A stretch of 64,000 nt of DNA from an uncultured delta proteobacterium (GCA_963743305.1 CAVUPH010000007.1:237552-301551); one strand, 5' to 3'. Positions 51,708 through 61,835 are shown, counted from the first letter of the stretch. Notes: generated by a model from the sequence alone, not told the origin. Translations and numbers: made by a program.

Positions 51708-52820
51708 ATGCCTGACTTTTCCGAAATCGATCACACCATGAAAGGGGCCGTGGAGGAGGGTGTCTTCCCCGGTGCGGTGTTGCTGGCGGCGAAAGAGGAG
51801 GCGGTCCTGATCCATCGGGCCTACGGCTCGGCAGCACTGGTCCCGACGAAAAGGCCCATGGCCCTGGACACGGTCTTCGACCTGGCCTCCCTGACCAAGC
51901 CTTTGGCGACAACGCTGGCCGCCATGGACCTCATCGCCCAAGGCCGGATTTCATTGGATGACCCCGTCGAAAAATTGGGAGGCCCGTTTGTCTATCCGGG
52001 GAAAGAAAAGATAACCCTTCGCCACCTCCTGACCCATACGGCCGGCTTCCCGGCCTGGCAGCCTTATTATCTTGAATTGGCACGATTGTCCGGCGACCGG
52101 AAGGCGGCCCTGCGTCAAATGGTTCTTCAAGAAGCCCTGCAACAACCGCCCGGCAGTCAAACCCTGTACAGCGATCTGGGTTTTGTTTTTCTGGCCTGGA
52201 TCCTGGAGGAACTCTCGGGCCGGGACCTGCAGACTTGGACCCGGGAGCATATCTCTCAACCCCTGGGTTTAAAGGATCTGGGATTCAGGCCCTTGAAGGG
52301 CGCCGGCCCGGTGAGCCCGGAAAAATACGCCGCCACGGAAGAGTGTCCCTGGCGTAAAAAGATCCTGGTCGGAGAAGTTCATGACGAAAACACCTACGCG
52401 GTGGGCGGGGTTTCCGGGCAGGCCGGTCTCTTCGGCACAGCCCTGGAGGTCTTCCGACTGCTGAGGGAACTCAAACGGGCCTATGATAACCCCGCATCCT
52501 CGCGCCTCTTTGACGGGCGCCTGGTGCGGACCTTCTGGATACCGCAGGGAGCCGGCGGAGAGAATTCACGCGCTCTGGGATTCGATATTCCCAGCGGCCC
52601 CGGCTCCAGCGCCGGAAGGTTTATTTCCCGGAAGAGCATCGGGCACCTGGGCTTTACCGGGACCTCTTTTTGGTTCGATCTGGATCGGGATCTCCTGGTT
52701 ATCCTGTTGACCAATCGGGTCCACCCGACCCGGACCAACGAAAAAATAAAACGATTTCGACCGCTGCTCCACGACCGGATTTTTTCGACCACGGAGCGAT
52801 CAGGAAAAGGGTCAGCCTGA
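51708..52820 (+). CDS. Beta-lactamase-like serine hydrolase
   Basis: FDLASLTK (SxxK), LLTHTAG, YSD, GEVHDEN, GHLGFTGT, LTNRVHP. Confidence 0.85.
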   Translation: MPDFSEIDHTMKGAVEEGVFPGAVLLAAKEEAVLIHRAYGSAALVPTKRPMALDTVFDLASLTKPLATTLAAMDLIAQGRISLDDPVEKLGGPFVYPGKEKITLRHLLTHTAGFPAWQPYYLELARLSGDRKAALRQMVLQEALQQPPGSQTLYSDLGFVFLAWILEELSGRDLQTWTREHISQPLGLKDLGFRPLKGAGPVSPEKYAATEECPWRKKILVGEVHDENTYAVGGVSGQAGLFGTALEVFRLLRELKRAYDNPASSRLFDGRLVRTFWIPQGAGGENSRALGFDIPSGPGSSAGRFISRKSIGHLGFTGTSFWFDLDRDLLVILLTNRVHPTRTNEKIKRFRPLLHDRIFSTTERSGKGSA

Positions 52821-52824
52821 ATCC

Positions 52825-54075
52825 ATGCGAATAAACCTCCTTCGCGGCGTCTTTTTTGTATTCCTTCTTCTTTCTTCGGCGGCCATCCTTTACACGACGG
52901 CCCAGAACATCCGGATGGCCGAAAGTCTGGCCGATCAGGCCTTGGAGAGCACCGCTTTGTCCCTTTCCACTTCGGCGGAAATGGAACTGCGGGCCGGTCA
53001 TGGCCAGGTCGGCGATCATATGCAGCAGCTTTTTTCGGATCGGGTGGTGGCCTACGCCTTGATCGCCCATGAGGATGGAAAAATACTGTTTCATACCAAC
53101 CCCTACCTGGTAGGATCGCTCTTGGACGAAAAAGGGCTTGCCGATTGGCTTAAATCCGGCAAAGCCTCCGGGGGACGGATCACCCTTAAAACCGGACTGC
53201 CCGCCTATCAGTTCAATTACCCCCTGCACCGCCCAAACGGCCAAACCGAATTGCTGCGTCTGGTGCTGCAGACCACCCCGGCCGACCGGATCATCAGTCG
53301 GACCCAGCGAATGTGGTGGCCGGTGGGGTTGGTCCTGGGGATCCTCTGGACCCTGGGGATCCTCTTCGAGCGGCTGGTCATCCGCCAGTTCCGACTACGG
53401 GAGGAGCTGGATAAAAAGGAGCGGATGGCCTTGATCGGCCAGATGACCGCGGTCCTGGCCCATGAGATCCGCAATGCGCTGGGCGGCATTAAAGGCTATG
53501 CCCAATGGATCGGCGAAAAAATGGATCCCGAGGATCCCAAGAAGGCAGGGGTGGGCTTCGTGCTCAAGGGCACCGATCGGATCGAATCTCTGGTCAATGA
53601 CCTCTTGCTCTTCTCGCGCGACGAGACCTATGTGCTCGTTCCCCTGGAACCCGATCCCCTGGTCCGCGAGGCCCTGGCCCAGGAAGCCTCTTTTTGGGAA
53701 GGGCGGGTCGATCTCGCGGTGGAACCGGGGACAGCGTTCCGGGGCGATCGGGAAAAAATGACTCGGGTCCTGGTGAATGGCATCCAAAACGCCTTGCAGT
53801 CCATGGGCCGTGACGGAACGCTGCGCCTGACGGTCCGTTTGGAAGGCCGTTGGGTTGAGATCCGCATCGAGGATTCCGGGACGGGGATCCCGAAAGAAGA
53901 GCTTCCCTTACTGTTTGTCCCTTTTCATACCAGCAAAACAAACGGGACGGGATTGGGGCTGGCTTATTCCAAAAAGATCATCGAGGGCCTGAGAGGGACC
54001 ATCACGCTCTCTAATCGAGCGGAAGGACCAGGCGCCTGTTTGTCGATTCGCCTCCCCCGGGCAGAAAGGAACTGA
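52825..54075 (+). CDS. Membrane sensor histidine kinase
   Basis: Two TM segments, LAHEIRN H-box, QNA, DSGTGI, GTGLGL. Confidence 0.92.
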   Translation: MRINLLRGVFFVFLLLSSAAILYTTAQNIRMAESLADQALESTALSLSTSAEMELRAGHGQVGDHMQQLFSDRVVAYALIAHEDGKILFHTNPYLVGSLLDEKGLADWLKSGKASGGRITLKTGLPAYQFNYPLHRPNGQTELLRLVLQTTPADRIISRTQRMWWPVGLVLGILWTLGILFERLVIRQFRLREELDKKERMALIGQMTAVLAHEIRNALGGIKGYAQWIGEKMDPEDPKKAGVGFVLKGTDRIESLVNDLLLFSRDETYVLVPLEPDPLVREALAQEASFWEGRVDLAVEPGTAFRGDREKMTRVLVNGIQNALQSMGRDGTLRLTVRLEGRWVEIRIEDSGTGIPKEELPLLFVPFHTSKTNGTGLGLAYSKKIIEGLRGTITLSNRAEGPGACLSIRLPRAERN

Positions 54076-54077
54076 AG

Positions 54078-55406
54078 ATGGGCAAGTCTATTCTGGTAGT
54101 TGAAGACGATGAAGTGTTGCGGTCGTTCCTGACCACCATTCTGAAGGAAGACGGCTATCGGATCGCCGAGGCCCGAAACGGTCAGGAGGGCTTGGAAAAG
54201 TTACTGGCCGGGACCTATGATCTGGTAATCACCGATCTGCGGATGCCCGGTCTCTCCGGCCTGGATTTGCTGCTGACCGGGAAAAAGGAAAAACCGGAAA
54301 CCCGATGGATTATCATGACCGCCTACGGTTCCATCGACAATGCCGTGGAGGCCATGAAGGCCGGGGCTTCGGATTACCTGACCAAGCCTTTTCGCGACCC
54401 CGAGGAATTGCGGCATGTCATCCGGAGAGTGCTGAAGGAAGCCGAGGCGGAACAGACCATTTCGTTGCTTTCCGAGGAATTGGGAAAACAGTTCCCTCCG
54501 ACGGCGATGATTTTTCTGGGCGAGAAGATGCACGAGATTCAGCGTCTGGTCCAGGAGGTGGCCCCCACTCCGGCCAGTGTTTTGATCAGCGGCCCCAGTG
54601 GAACGGGCAAGGAATTGGTCGCCCGCTTGATTCACCAATTGAGCCCGCGTAAAGCCCGGCCTTTCATCGCCGTCCATTGCGCCGCCCTGGCGGAAACGCT
54701 CCTGGAAAGTGAACTCTTCGGCCACGAGCGGGGGGCCTTCACCGGGGCGGTGGCCGCGCGCAAAGGGAGATTTGAATTGGCCGACGGAGGCACTATGTTC
54801 TTGGATGAGATCGGAGAGATTCCCCCCTCCGTCCAGATAAAACTGCTCCGGGTCCTCCAGGAACAGGAATTTGAACGGGTGGGGGGAAGCCAAACGATTT
54901 CCGTGGACCTTCGAATTATTTCGGCCACCAATAAAGACCTGAAAGCGGAAACGGCCTCCGGTCGATTCCGAGATGATCTTTACTACCGGCTGAATGTGTT
55001 TCCCCTCAGTCTCCCTCCCTTGATAGAACGGCCGGAGGCGATTCTTCCCCTGGCGGACTATTTCCTGAAAAAATTCGCCACCGCTTTTGGTAAACAGATC
55101 ATTGGGTTCACTTCGACGGCCGCATCGGCCTTGCGGCAATATGAGTGGCCGGGAAATATCCGGGAGTTGCGGAACGTGATTGAACGGGCGGCAATCCTGG
55201 CTAATAAAGAGGTTGAGCCCCGTCATTTGAATATGGACTTCCAGACGGAAAAGGTCCTTCCCCATGAGGGGCTGTTGGAGGCCGGGGAGCGGGAAATGAT
55301 TTCCAAAGTATTAAAGGAGACTGAAGGAAATCGAAGGGCGGCCGCACAAAAGCTGGGGATTTCCCTGCGGACCCTGCAATACCGAATCAAGGAGTACGGA
55401 CTTTAG
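54078..55406 (+). CDS. Sigma54-dependent response regulator (NtrC/ZraR type)
   Basis: Receiver (TDLRMP), GPSGTGKE, ESELFGHERGAFTGA, WPGNIREL, Fis-type HTH. Confidence 0.95.
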   Translation: MGKSILVVEDDEVLRSFLTTILKEDGYRIAEARNGQEGLEKLLAGTYDLVITDLRMPGLSGLDLLLTGKKEKPETRWIIMTAYGSIDNAVEAMKAGASDYLTKPFRDPEELRHVIRRVLKEAEAEQTISLLSEELGKQFPPTAMIFLGEKMHEIQRLVQEVAPTPASVLISGPSGTGKELVARLIHQLSPRKARPFIAVHCAALAETLLESELFGHERGAFTGAVAARKGRFELADGGTMFLDEIGEIPPSVQIKLLRVLQEQEFERVGGSQTISVDLRIISATNKDLKAETASGRFRDDLYYRLNVFPLSLPPLIERPEAILPLADYFLKKFATAFGKQIIGFTSTAASALRQYEWPGNIRELRNVIERAAILANKEVEPRHLNMDFQTEKVLPHEGLLEAGEREMISKVLKETEGNRRAAAQKLGISLRTLQYRIKEYGL

Positions 55407-55411
55407 TGCTC

Positions 55412-55447
55412 GTGCAACTCTTGCGGGGTTGGATGCAAAAGCTGCAT
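55412..55447 (+). promoter_or_regulatory. Putative enhancer (activator-binding) sites
   Basis: TGCAACTCTTGCG and TGCAAAAGCTGCA about 100 bp upstream of a sigma54 promoter, separated from it by an AT-rich tract. Confidence 0.5.
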
Positions 55448-55530
55448 TTTCTTGAGGGGAATTTCGCGCCTCGATGGGCGGGTTAATTAATAATATTAAC
55501 AAATATAGTATGTTATATTCTATTTTTCAG

Positions 55531-55547
55531 TTGGCACTCCTTTTGCT
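55531..55547 (+). promoter_or_regulatory. Sigma54 -24/-12 promoter
   Basis: TTGGCAC-TCCTT-TTGCT matches the consensus TTGGCAC-N5-TTGC. Confidence 0.85.
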
Positions 55548-55589
55548 CTTTATCCGGGTAAACATAAACCTGAATAAGGAGGAAAAAAA

Positions 55590-55886
55590 ATGAAAAACAA
55601 ACTGATGGTTACCCTGGCAGCCGGAGCGCTGATGATTACCACCGTCCTTCCGCTGGGGGTCCAGGCCGGAAGAGGGAACGGATCGATGGGGGGCGCCCAA
55701 TTGCAGACTCGTACGCAGTCGCCGATCCAGCAACGCCTGCGCGACGGCTCCTGTGTTAATCCGGTCGGTGCCCAGGCCGGCTCCGGGCTGAGGAAGGGAA
55801 AGGGCTATGGCCCCGGTGACGGAACCGGCAACAGGGGCGCACGCCCCCTGGATGGCAGCGGATACGGCGCACCGATTAACCGGTAA
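55590..55886 (+). CDS. Small secreted Gly-rich protein
   Basis: AAGGAGG SD; signal peptide ending VQA; QRLRDGSC and GPGDGTG..PLDGSGYG motifs. Confidence 0.8.
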   Translation: MKNKLMVTLAAGALMITTVLPLGVQAGRGNGSMGGAQLQTRTQSPIQQRLRDGSCVNPVGAQAGSGLRKGKGYGPGDGTGNRGARPLDGSGYGAPINR

Positions 55887-55902
55887 GTTGTGCATCCCAG
55901 GC

Positions 55903-55946
55903 GCAGGAGCAGGGCGAACCCGTCGCCTTGCTCCTGCCCTTTTATT
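55903..55946 (+). terminator. Intrinsic terminator
   Basis: GCAGGAGCAGGGCGA-acccg-TCGCCTTGCTCCTGC followed by CCTTTTATT. Confidence 0.7.
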
Positions 55947-55971
55947 AGGGTCCCTTTCCAAAGGTTAGGCC

Positions 55972-56919
55972 ATGCTTAATAAACGCCCCTACCGATTAGG
56001 TGAATACCGGATTACGGATTATGAAAATGGAAGGTTAACCTGGGAAGGACACATCGGTTTTGGAGTACAACAACGGGGGGATGGCTACATCCTGGGTGAC
56101 GTACTTCTTCTTGGGCTGGCGAGCCAAGCAGAGAACGGCTTCTTGATCGGAGAGTTTCTTAAACATCTGAAAAAAATGGCGGTCTGGAAGAAAACCCGTT
56201 ATTATTGCCACACTTCCGAAATATTGGAGACGGCGACCGGGCTGGGGCTGGGCAAAGATTTTCTAAGCAAGGTTTCATTTTTAGAGAAAATGACCCCCAG
56301 GGTTCTGAAACCCGGGATGTTCCGCCTGGGGAAATATCGAATCATCGTCACCGCCGACCATAAATTAGCCTGGCAAACGTCCGGTGGGGTTAATCGTGTC
56401 GTCGGTGGACCGGGCCGTGTCGAATCCGGCTTGCTCATCCTTGGCCCTCAGGAGGAAGAGGAAGAAGTGCCCAGAAAACGGGATTTCCTGGAACAGATAA
56501 ACCAGTTACCTCAGTGGGTTCAAACCCGGGTCTGGTGCCGGGAATCCGTGTTGCGGGAATGCCGAGAACCGCAACCGGCAGTCAGGTTTAAGGAGCAGTT
56601 GAAAGTCCGAAACGCCGGGATCATGCGCGCCGCTGGGAAGGGGCTCAAGGCAATCCCGCAAAACCGATCCAAAGAAACCTTCAGACGATTTTTCACTTTT
56701 ACCGGGCAGTCGTTAAAATCCTATTTGCCGCGGTTGCATTGGCCATTTCGTTTTAATGGTCGGAAACCAACCGGGTCCTGGCCGTTGGGAAAAAAATCTT
56801 GGTTGATTGGGCTGATCCTGTTGGTCATATCCGGCTTGGTGTTTGGCGTTGCGGTGACCTACCACTCGTTGGAAAAAATGTGGGAAGGGTCTCATGGGCA
56901 TAAGAAATATCATCATTAG
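55972..56919 (+). CDS. Hypothetical membrane-anchored protein with a tandemly duplicated domain
   Basis: Two ~75-aa repeats (RLG.YRI..L.W..G..L.LG..FL..W..TR..C); C-terminal TM; HGHKKYHH tail. Confidence 0.7.
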   Translation: MLNKRPYRLGEYRITDYENGRLTWEGHIGFGVQQRGDGYILGDVLLLGLASQAENGFLIGEFLKHLKKMAVWKKTRYYCHTSEILETATGLGLGKDFLSKVSFLEKMTPRVLKPGMFRLGKYRIIVTADHKLAWQTSGGVNRVVGGPGRVESGLLILGPQEEEEEVPRKRDFLEQINQLPQWVQTRVWCRESVLRECREPQPAVRFKEQLKVRNAGIMRAAGKGLKAIPQNRSKETFRRFFTFTGQSLKSYLPRLHWPFRFNGRKPTGSWPLGKKSWLIGLILLVISGLVFGVAVTYHSLEKMWEGSHGHKKYHH

Positions 56920-56954
56920 CACCCTGTTAAATCCTCCTGCCCGCGCGGGTATTT

Positions 56955-57130
56955 CGAAGCATGAAAATGGCTTGCTATCCTAAGCCCTTCGCCTGTCGTC
57001 ATCCTGAGTCCCGCCGGCGGCGGGATAAACTCCGCGAGGGATCCCGTCTTTCGAGCCCTAAGCTTGCCTGGGGGATTCTTCAGTCGCTCTGCTCCTTCAG
57101 AATGACAGTGGCCAGTTATTTTCGTATTAA
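56955..57130. repeat. Composite repeat: CGAAGCATGAAAAT frame carrying a GTCATCCTGAG...CAGAATGAC palindrome (56998-57106)
   Basis: Same 14-bp left motif and TTATTTTC-nnnn-TAA right motif as 49975-50125. Confidence 0.65.
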
Positions 57131-57680
57131 ACGGATACGCAAGAGGACGTCCGTCCTGGCCCTGCTCGCCCTGATGGGGGGGGTCTTTTTTTTCTTGATT
57201 ATGGCGGGCACCCTCGGGGCCGAGGAAAAGGATTCGATCTTCGGTGAGAGCGGCATTCATTATCCGGGCGGCTTTGATTCGAACACGGTTGGTGAGGTAC
57301 AGGGGAAAGCTTCACAATTCACCCGTCCTGAAAAGGGCCCGGTCTATTTTCAATTGACCTCGGGTCGTGAAAACTTTACTGTTTTGGCTTCTCCCTCCTG
57401 GTACTGGAACGATTCCCACCTTAAAGTCAGCGACGGAACGGAAGTGGTCATCCGGGGATCCAAGTCCTACGGTAAAGACGGCCGTCTTTATATCATAGCC
57501 CAGGAGATACGCCTTCCGGCCACCGGCCAGACGGTGAGTCTTCGGGAGCCGAACGGGATTCCCCTGTGGAAGGGCTCCGGTCGTTCCTCCGGGGGAGGAT
57601 CGGGGGGATTCGGTTCTTCTTCGGGCGGAAGAGGCGGGTTTGGCGGCGGCTTCGGCGGCGGAGGCCGAGGGCGGCGATAG
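57102..57680 (+). CDS. Secreted protein with probable OB-fold and Gly-rich tail (start uncertain)
   Basis: Hydrophobic signal; FDSNTVGEVQG..SPSWYW..VVIRGS..IIAQEI..LREPNGIPLW. The ORF-track N-terminus is repeat-derived. Confidence 0.65.
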   Translation: MTVASYFRIKRIRKRTSVLALLALMGGVFFFLIMAGTLGAEEKDSIFGESGIHYPGGFDSNTVGEVQGKASQFTRPEKGPVYFQLTSGRENFTVLASPSWYWNDSHLKVSDGTEVVIRGSKSYGKDGRLYIIAQEIRLPATGQTVSLREPNGIPLWKGSGRSSGGGSGGFGSSSGGRGGFGGGFGGGGRGRR

Positions 57681-57717
57681 AGGGGGAATCTATAAATCGA
57701 AATCCGAAAGAAGCACG

Positions 57718-57861
57718 AAGGTCCATCCGAGCATCGAGATTGCTGACACTGGCCAGGCCTTCGTCCGGCGTTCCCGTGAACATCGCCGAGGCCAGCGGGA
57801 AACTATCGGTGAACGGCGTCAATTTATCGACACCGTCTACTCGTACGCGTACTCGTACACG
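57718..57861 (+). pseudogene. Remnant of a second four-helix-bundle gene ending in a hexamer array
   Basis: LARPSSGVPVNIAEASGK, frameshift, ERRQFIDT, then TACTCG TACGCG TACTCG TACACG. Confidence 0.6.
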
Positions 57862-58004
57862 CCTATCTCTCTTGCAGGATTGGCAACGGAGTCTGGCATT
57901 ACCGATTCAACGCCCACAAATTCTGCTGAAGATACATTTTGGTTTGGTTTATAGCAGAGAGGTTTCATCCATGAAAAACAATCGACCGATGACGTTCGGT
58001 TTTA

Positions 58005-58814
58005 GTGATGGGAATTTTGTGGCTTCTTCAGTCTTGGGCCCTGGCCGGATGGGACTTTGAGACCGGAGGAAAAGCGGGATACGATTCCAATCTTGACCGG
58101 GCGGTCCACAATCCCCAGGGAAGCGGTTATCTGGGCGCGTATTTCTCGGTTAACCGGGAACCGGAAGGGGAGTCCCGGTTGGACTGGATCTTTTCGGCCC
58201 TGGCGGATGGGGCGGTTTATCCCAATTTGAGCGATTTGAATTACGCGGCTTTCACCCTGGCGCCGGGCTTGGCCTATTATCTACACAAAGATTGGAGTGT
58301 CGCTGTTTCACCTTTCCTGCAGGCTAAAAGCATCGCGGATGCCGATCAGTCGGCCCTGGCTTTCGGCGGGAAACTCCTGTTTAAACAAAAATGGGGGGCG
58401 GGCTTTTACTCCGGCGAGTATTACTCTTATAAAGACAGTCGGGCCCAGGTGGACACCTATTCTTTTACCGAAAACACGCTGGGTCTATTTCTGGGAAGAA
58501 AATTGACGGCCAAAGCCTTTGGAGAGGTGGGGTATGAATTTTCCAGGGGAGATTCTTTTCGGGCGGTTAGCCAATCGAAGGCTGACCCTACTGCCAAAGG
58601 AAAGGGGATAGGAAGAGACCGCCGTTTTTCCCCGGCCTTTGGAACCGACGTGATCCGGGAAAATGTGGACCGTCATGCGCTGGGGTTGAACGTGGGTTAT
58701 GACTGGACCGCTGCCTTTTTTTCTTCAGCCGGCTATACCTACACTATCCTCCAGGGTGACTCAGGCAGTTCGAATGATCATGCCGTCTGGGCCAGCCTCG
58801 GCTATCGGTTTTAG
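58005..58814 (+). CDS. Probable outer-membrane beta-barrel protein (start uncertain)
   Basis: Signal ending ALA; GYDSN; alternating aromatic strands; C-terminal LGYRF. Confidence 0.75.
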   Translation: MMGILWLLQSWALAGWDFETGGKAGYDSNLDRAVHNPQGSGYLGAYFSVNREPEGESRLDWIFSALADGAVYPNLSDLNYAAFTLAPGLAYYLHKDWSVAVSPFLQAKSIADADQSALAFGGKLLFKQKWGAGFYSGEYYSYKDSRAQVDTYSFTENTLGLFLGRKLTAKAFGEVGYEFSRGDSFRAVSQSKADPTAKGKGIGRDRRFSPAFGTDVIRENVDRHALGLNVGYDWTAAFFSSAGYTYTILQGDSGSSNDHAVWASLGYRF

Positions 58815-58828
58815 TAGGAGAATAAGAA

Positions 58829-58869
58829 CGAATATCGAATATCGAACACCGAATTTCGAATGAAGAAGT
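58829..58869. repeat. Single heptamer arm (TCGAATA family)
   Basis: CGAATA TCGAATA TCGAACA CCGAATT TCGAATG AAGAAG. Confidence 0.7.
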
Positions 58870-59173
58870 GATCTTTCGGAGAAGCGACCCGTCATGGATT
58901 TGACCATCCTGTCCTTAGCTTAACCTTGGGTATGAAGTGAACCATCTCCCCCTCGCCCAGCAGCAGGCAGGCTTGCCTGCCCTACGAAAGACAAAAACTT
59001 GGAATATTTTCATATTGCTGGGTGCCCGCCCCGTGCCTGCGGGTTCAAGAAGAAACCCCTCTTTCCTTCCGACAAGTTGTTTTTTAATTGAAAAGGCCGA
59101 TTGACCGGTTTATCCTTGGGGACTCTGCGGCCGGGTTGGTTATTCTCCAGATCGGTTCGTGGGACGGCACCCA

Positions 59174-60088
59174 ATGGATATAAAACAAAAAGCCTCCTTA
59201 TTCGCCATAGGTTCCGCCTGTATTCTGGCCGGCAGTAAATTTTCCGCCGGCCTGCTGTCCGGTTCCATGGCCGTGGCCTCCTCCGGGCTGGACAGTCTTT
59301 TAGACGTTTTCATGTCGGCCATGAATTTCTGGGCCATTCGCAAGGCCGCCCAACCCCCGGATCAATTCCATCAGTATGGCCACGGCAAAGCGGAGAACCT
59401 GGCCGCGGTGTTCCAGTCGGCGGTGATCATTTTTACCGGGTCCTGGATTATTTACCAGGCCGCGCAAAAATATTTTCTCCAGACGGCGATCCATTATACC
59501 CGGCTTGATCTGGGGGTCATGATCCTTTCCTTGGTTTTCAGTTTTTCTATCGCTCAGGTCCTGGGCCGGGTGGGTCGAAAGACGGAATCGGGCGCTCTCC
59601 AGGCCGATGCCCTTCATTATACCAGCGATCTCTATTCCAATTCCGCGGCGATCTTGGCCATCATCCTCACTTATTACACCGGCCGGATGGCCTTTGACCT
59701 GCTTTTCGCCGCAGTGGTTGGTCTGATCATCCTGTTTTCCGCTTTGCAGATTTTAAAAAGCGGGTTGCTTGGCCTCATGGATACCCGGATTCCGGAGCCT
59801 CTGGAACGGCAAATCCTGGATATCCTCGGTCAACTTTCCTTTCCCTATGCCGGCTATCATAAATTGAGGACCCGGCTTTCCGGTAACCGAAAATACCTGG
59901 ATTTTCATTTGTTTATTTGCCGGAAATTGAATATTGATGAAGCCCACGCCCAAACGGAAAAAGCGAAAGAGGCCATTATTGAACAGATACCCAATACCGA
60001 CGTCCTGATTCATACCGAACCCTGCCCCTATACCTGCGAGTTGACCGATCTTACCTGTAGTGTAAAGAAAATTGAAGGAAGAGTTTGA
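59174..60088 (+). CDS. Cation diffusion facilitator transporter (FieF-like)
   Basis: DSLLD, PPD..HQYGHGKAE, ADALHYTSD, HKLRTR, IHTEP. Confidence 0.92.
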   Translation: MDIKQKASLFAIGSACILAGSKFSAGLLSGSMAVASSGLDSLLDVFMSAMNFWAIRKAAQPPDQFHQYGHGKAENLAAVFQSAVIIFTGSWIIYQAAQKYFLQTAIHYTRLDLGVMILSLVFSFSIAQVLGRVGRKTESGALQADALHYTSDLYSNSAAILAIILTYYTGRMAFDLLFAAVVGLIILFSALQILKSGLLGLMDTRIPEPLERQILDILGQLSFPYAGYHKLRTRLSGNRKYLDFHLFICRKLNIDEAHAQTEKAKEAIIEQIPNTDVLIHTEPCPYTCELTDLTCSVKKIEGRV

Positions 60089-60259
60089 CAAGTATTCCAT
60101 CTTTTTGATAGACTTTTTGCCAACTTATCAAGGGACAGGTAAAAAGGTCGCCTTGAATATGAGTCCGATAATATCAATTAAAGAAATGAGCTGATTTAAT
60201 TCCCCCACCGACTGCAAGGATGTTCGGTGGGGTCTATTTTTATTGCTGGAGGTGTTTCC

Positions 60260-61435
60260 ATGGAAGATTTAGGTCGTTTAGACCGTCTGCCCCCCTATGT
60301 TTTTGCCACGGTGACCGCTCTTAAGGCGGATCTGCGGCGCCAGGGGGAAGATATCATTGATCTGGGGATGGGAAATCCGGATCTGGCTACTCCCAAACAC
60401 ATCGTGGATAAATTACGGGAGGCCGCCCTGAAGGCCCCCAACCACCGTTATTCAGCTTCCAAGGGGATCACCAAACTGCGGATGGCTATCTGCGATTGGT
60501 ATAAACGTCGGTACCAGGTGGAACTGGACCCGGAATCGGAAGCCATCGTCACCATCGGGGCCAAGGAGGGGATCTCTCACCTGGTCCTGGCTATCACCAA
60601 ACCAGGAGACGTGGTCCTGGCCCCCAACCCGACGTATCCCATCCACCCTTTTTCGGCCATTATCGCCGGTGGGGATTTACGCAGCATTCCTTTGGGTCCG
60701 GACAGGGACTTTTTCGAAGACCTGCAGACGGCTATCCGCCAAACCTGGCCCAAGCCCAAGTTGCTGATTCTTTCGTTCCCCCACAATCCGACCACCGCGG
60801 TGGTGGACCTGGATTTTTTCAAGAAGGTCGTGGCCATCGCCCGGGAAAATCAGATCTGGGTCATCCATGACTTCGCCTACGCCGATCTGGTCTTCGACGG
60901 CTACAAGGCCCCCAGCTTGTTGCAGGTCCCGGGGGCTAAGGAAATCGGGGTGGAGCTCTTTTCCCTGTCCAAGAGCTACAGCATGGCTGGTTGGCGGGTG
61001 GGTTTCGCGGTGGGCAATCCCCGTCTGATTTACGCCCTGACCCGGATCAAGAGTTACCTGGACTACGGGGTCTTCCAGCCTATCCAAATCGCCGCGATCA
61101 TCGCCCTGAACGGACCCCAGGAATGCGTCCATGAAATCGTTTCCATTTATAAGGAACGACGGGACGTCCTCATCCGGGGGTTGAACCGGATCGGCTGGAA
61201 GATCGAAAAGCCGAAGGGGACCATGTTTGTCTGGGCCAAAATCCCGGAGCCTTTTCGCGGCATGGGATCGGTGGAATTTTCCAAGTACCTGATCCGGGAA
61301 GGGAAGGTGGCCGTTTCCCCCGGTCGCGGGTTCGGGGATTTCGGCGATGATCACGTCCGTTTTGCCCTGGTGGAGAACCCCCATCGGATCAAACAGGCCC
61401 TGCGGGGGATTAAGACGGCGCTGAATAAGAAGTAA
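60260..61435 (+). CDS. alaC: Class I/II PLP aminotransferase, AlaC-like
   Basis: [43 protein letters not shown]; directly upstream of hom. Confidence 0.8.
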   Translation: MEDLGRLDRLPPYVFATVTALKADLRRQGEDIIDLGMGNPDLATPKHIVDKLREAALKAPNHRYSASKGITKLRMAICDWYKRRYQVELDPESEAIVTIGAKEGISHLVLAITKPGDVVLAPNPTYPIHPFSAIIAGGDLRSIPLGPDRDFFEDLQTAIRQTWPKPKLLILSFPHNPTTAVVDLDFFKKVVAIARENQIWVIHDFAYADLVFDGYKAPSLLQVPGAKEIGVELFSLSKSYSMAGWRVGFAVGNPRLIYALTRIKSYLDYGVFQPIQIAAIIALNGPQECVHEIVSIYKERRDVLIRGLNRIGWKIEKPKGTMFVWAKIPEPFRGMGSVEFSKYLIREGKVAVSPGRGFGDFGDDHVRFALVENPHRIKQALRGIKTALNKK

Positions 61436-61436
61436 G

Positions 61437-61835
61437 GGTGCGGAGCGCGGGGCGCTGAGCGTAAGGCGCAAAGGGCAAGGGGCAGAGGGCAAGGGGCAGA
61501 GGGCAAAGGACGCCTGGCGCAGAGCGCGGAGCGCTTAGGATCTGTAAACAAATAACCTTGACAAAGCGGTCCTGCAACCGTTCGCCCTGAGCTGCGAGCC
61601 TGTCGAGCAGTCGAAGGGTGAACGATACGGCCATGCTTCGACTGCTCGACAGGCTCGCAGCTCAGCATGAACGGAGATATCAGCGGTATTGTACAGCTTA
61701 TTTCTTGACTGGTTCTTAGCGTAAGAACTGAAAGCGCCGGAAGGAGGGCATAAGCATCAGGTATGAAAAGGCCCTATCGAAGGCCCGTGTTTTTATCGTA
61801 TTATCGTTTTGACTCTCTGCGCTTAGCGCTTCGCC
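61437..61835. repeat. Nested repeat: heptamer array containing a MITE containing a 30-bp perfect hairpin
   Basis: Heptamers 61437-61537 and 61815-61835; insert bounded by CTTAG at 61534 and 61715; perfect IR 61587-61616 / 61636-61665. Confidence 0.75.
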
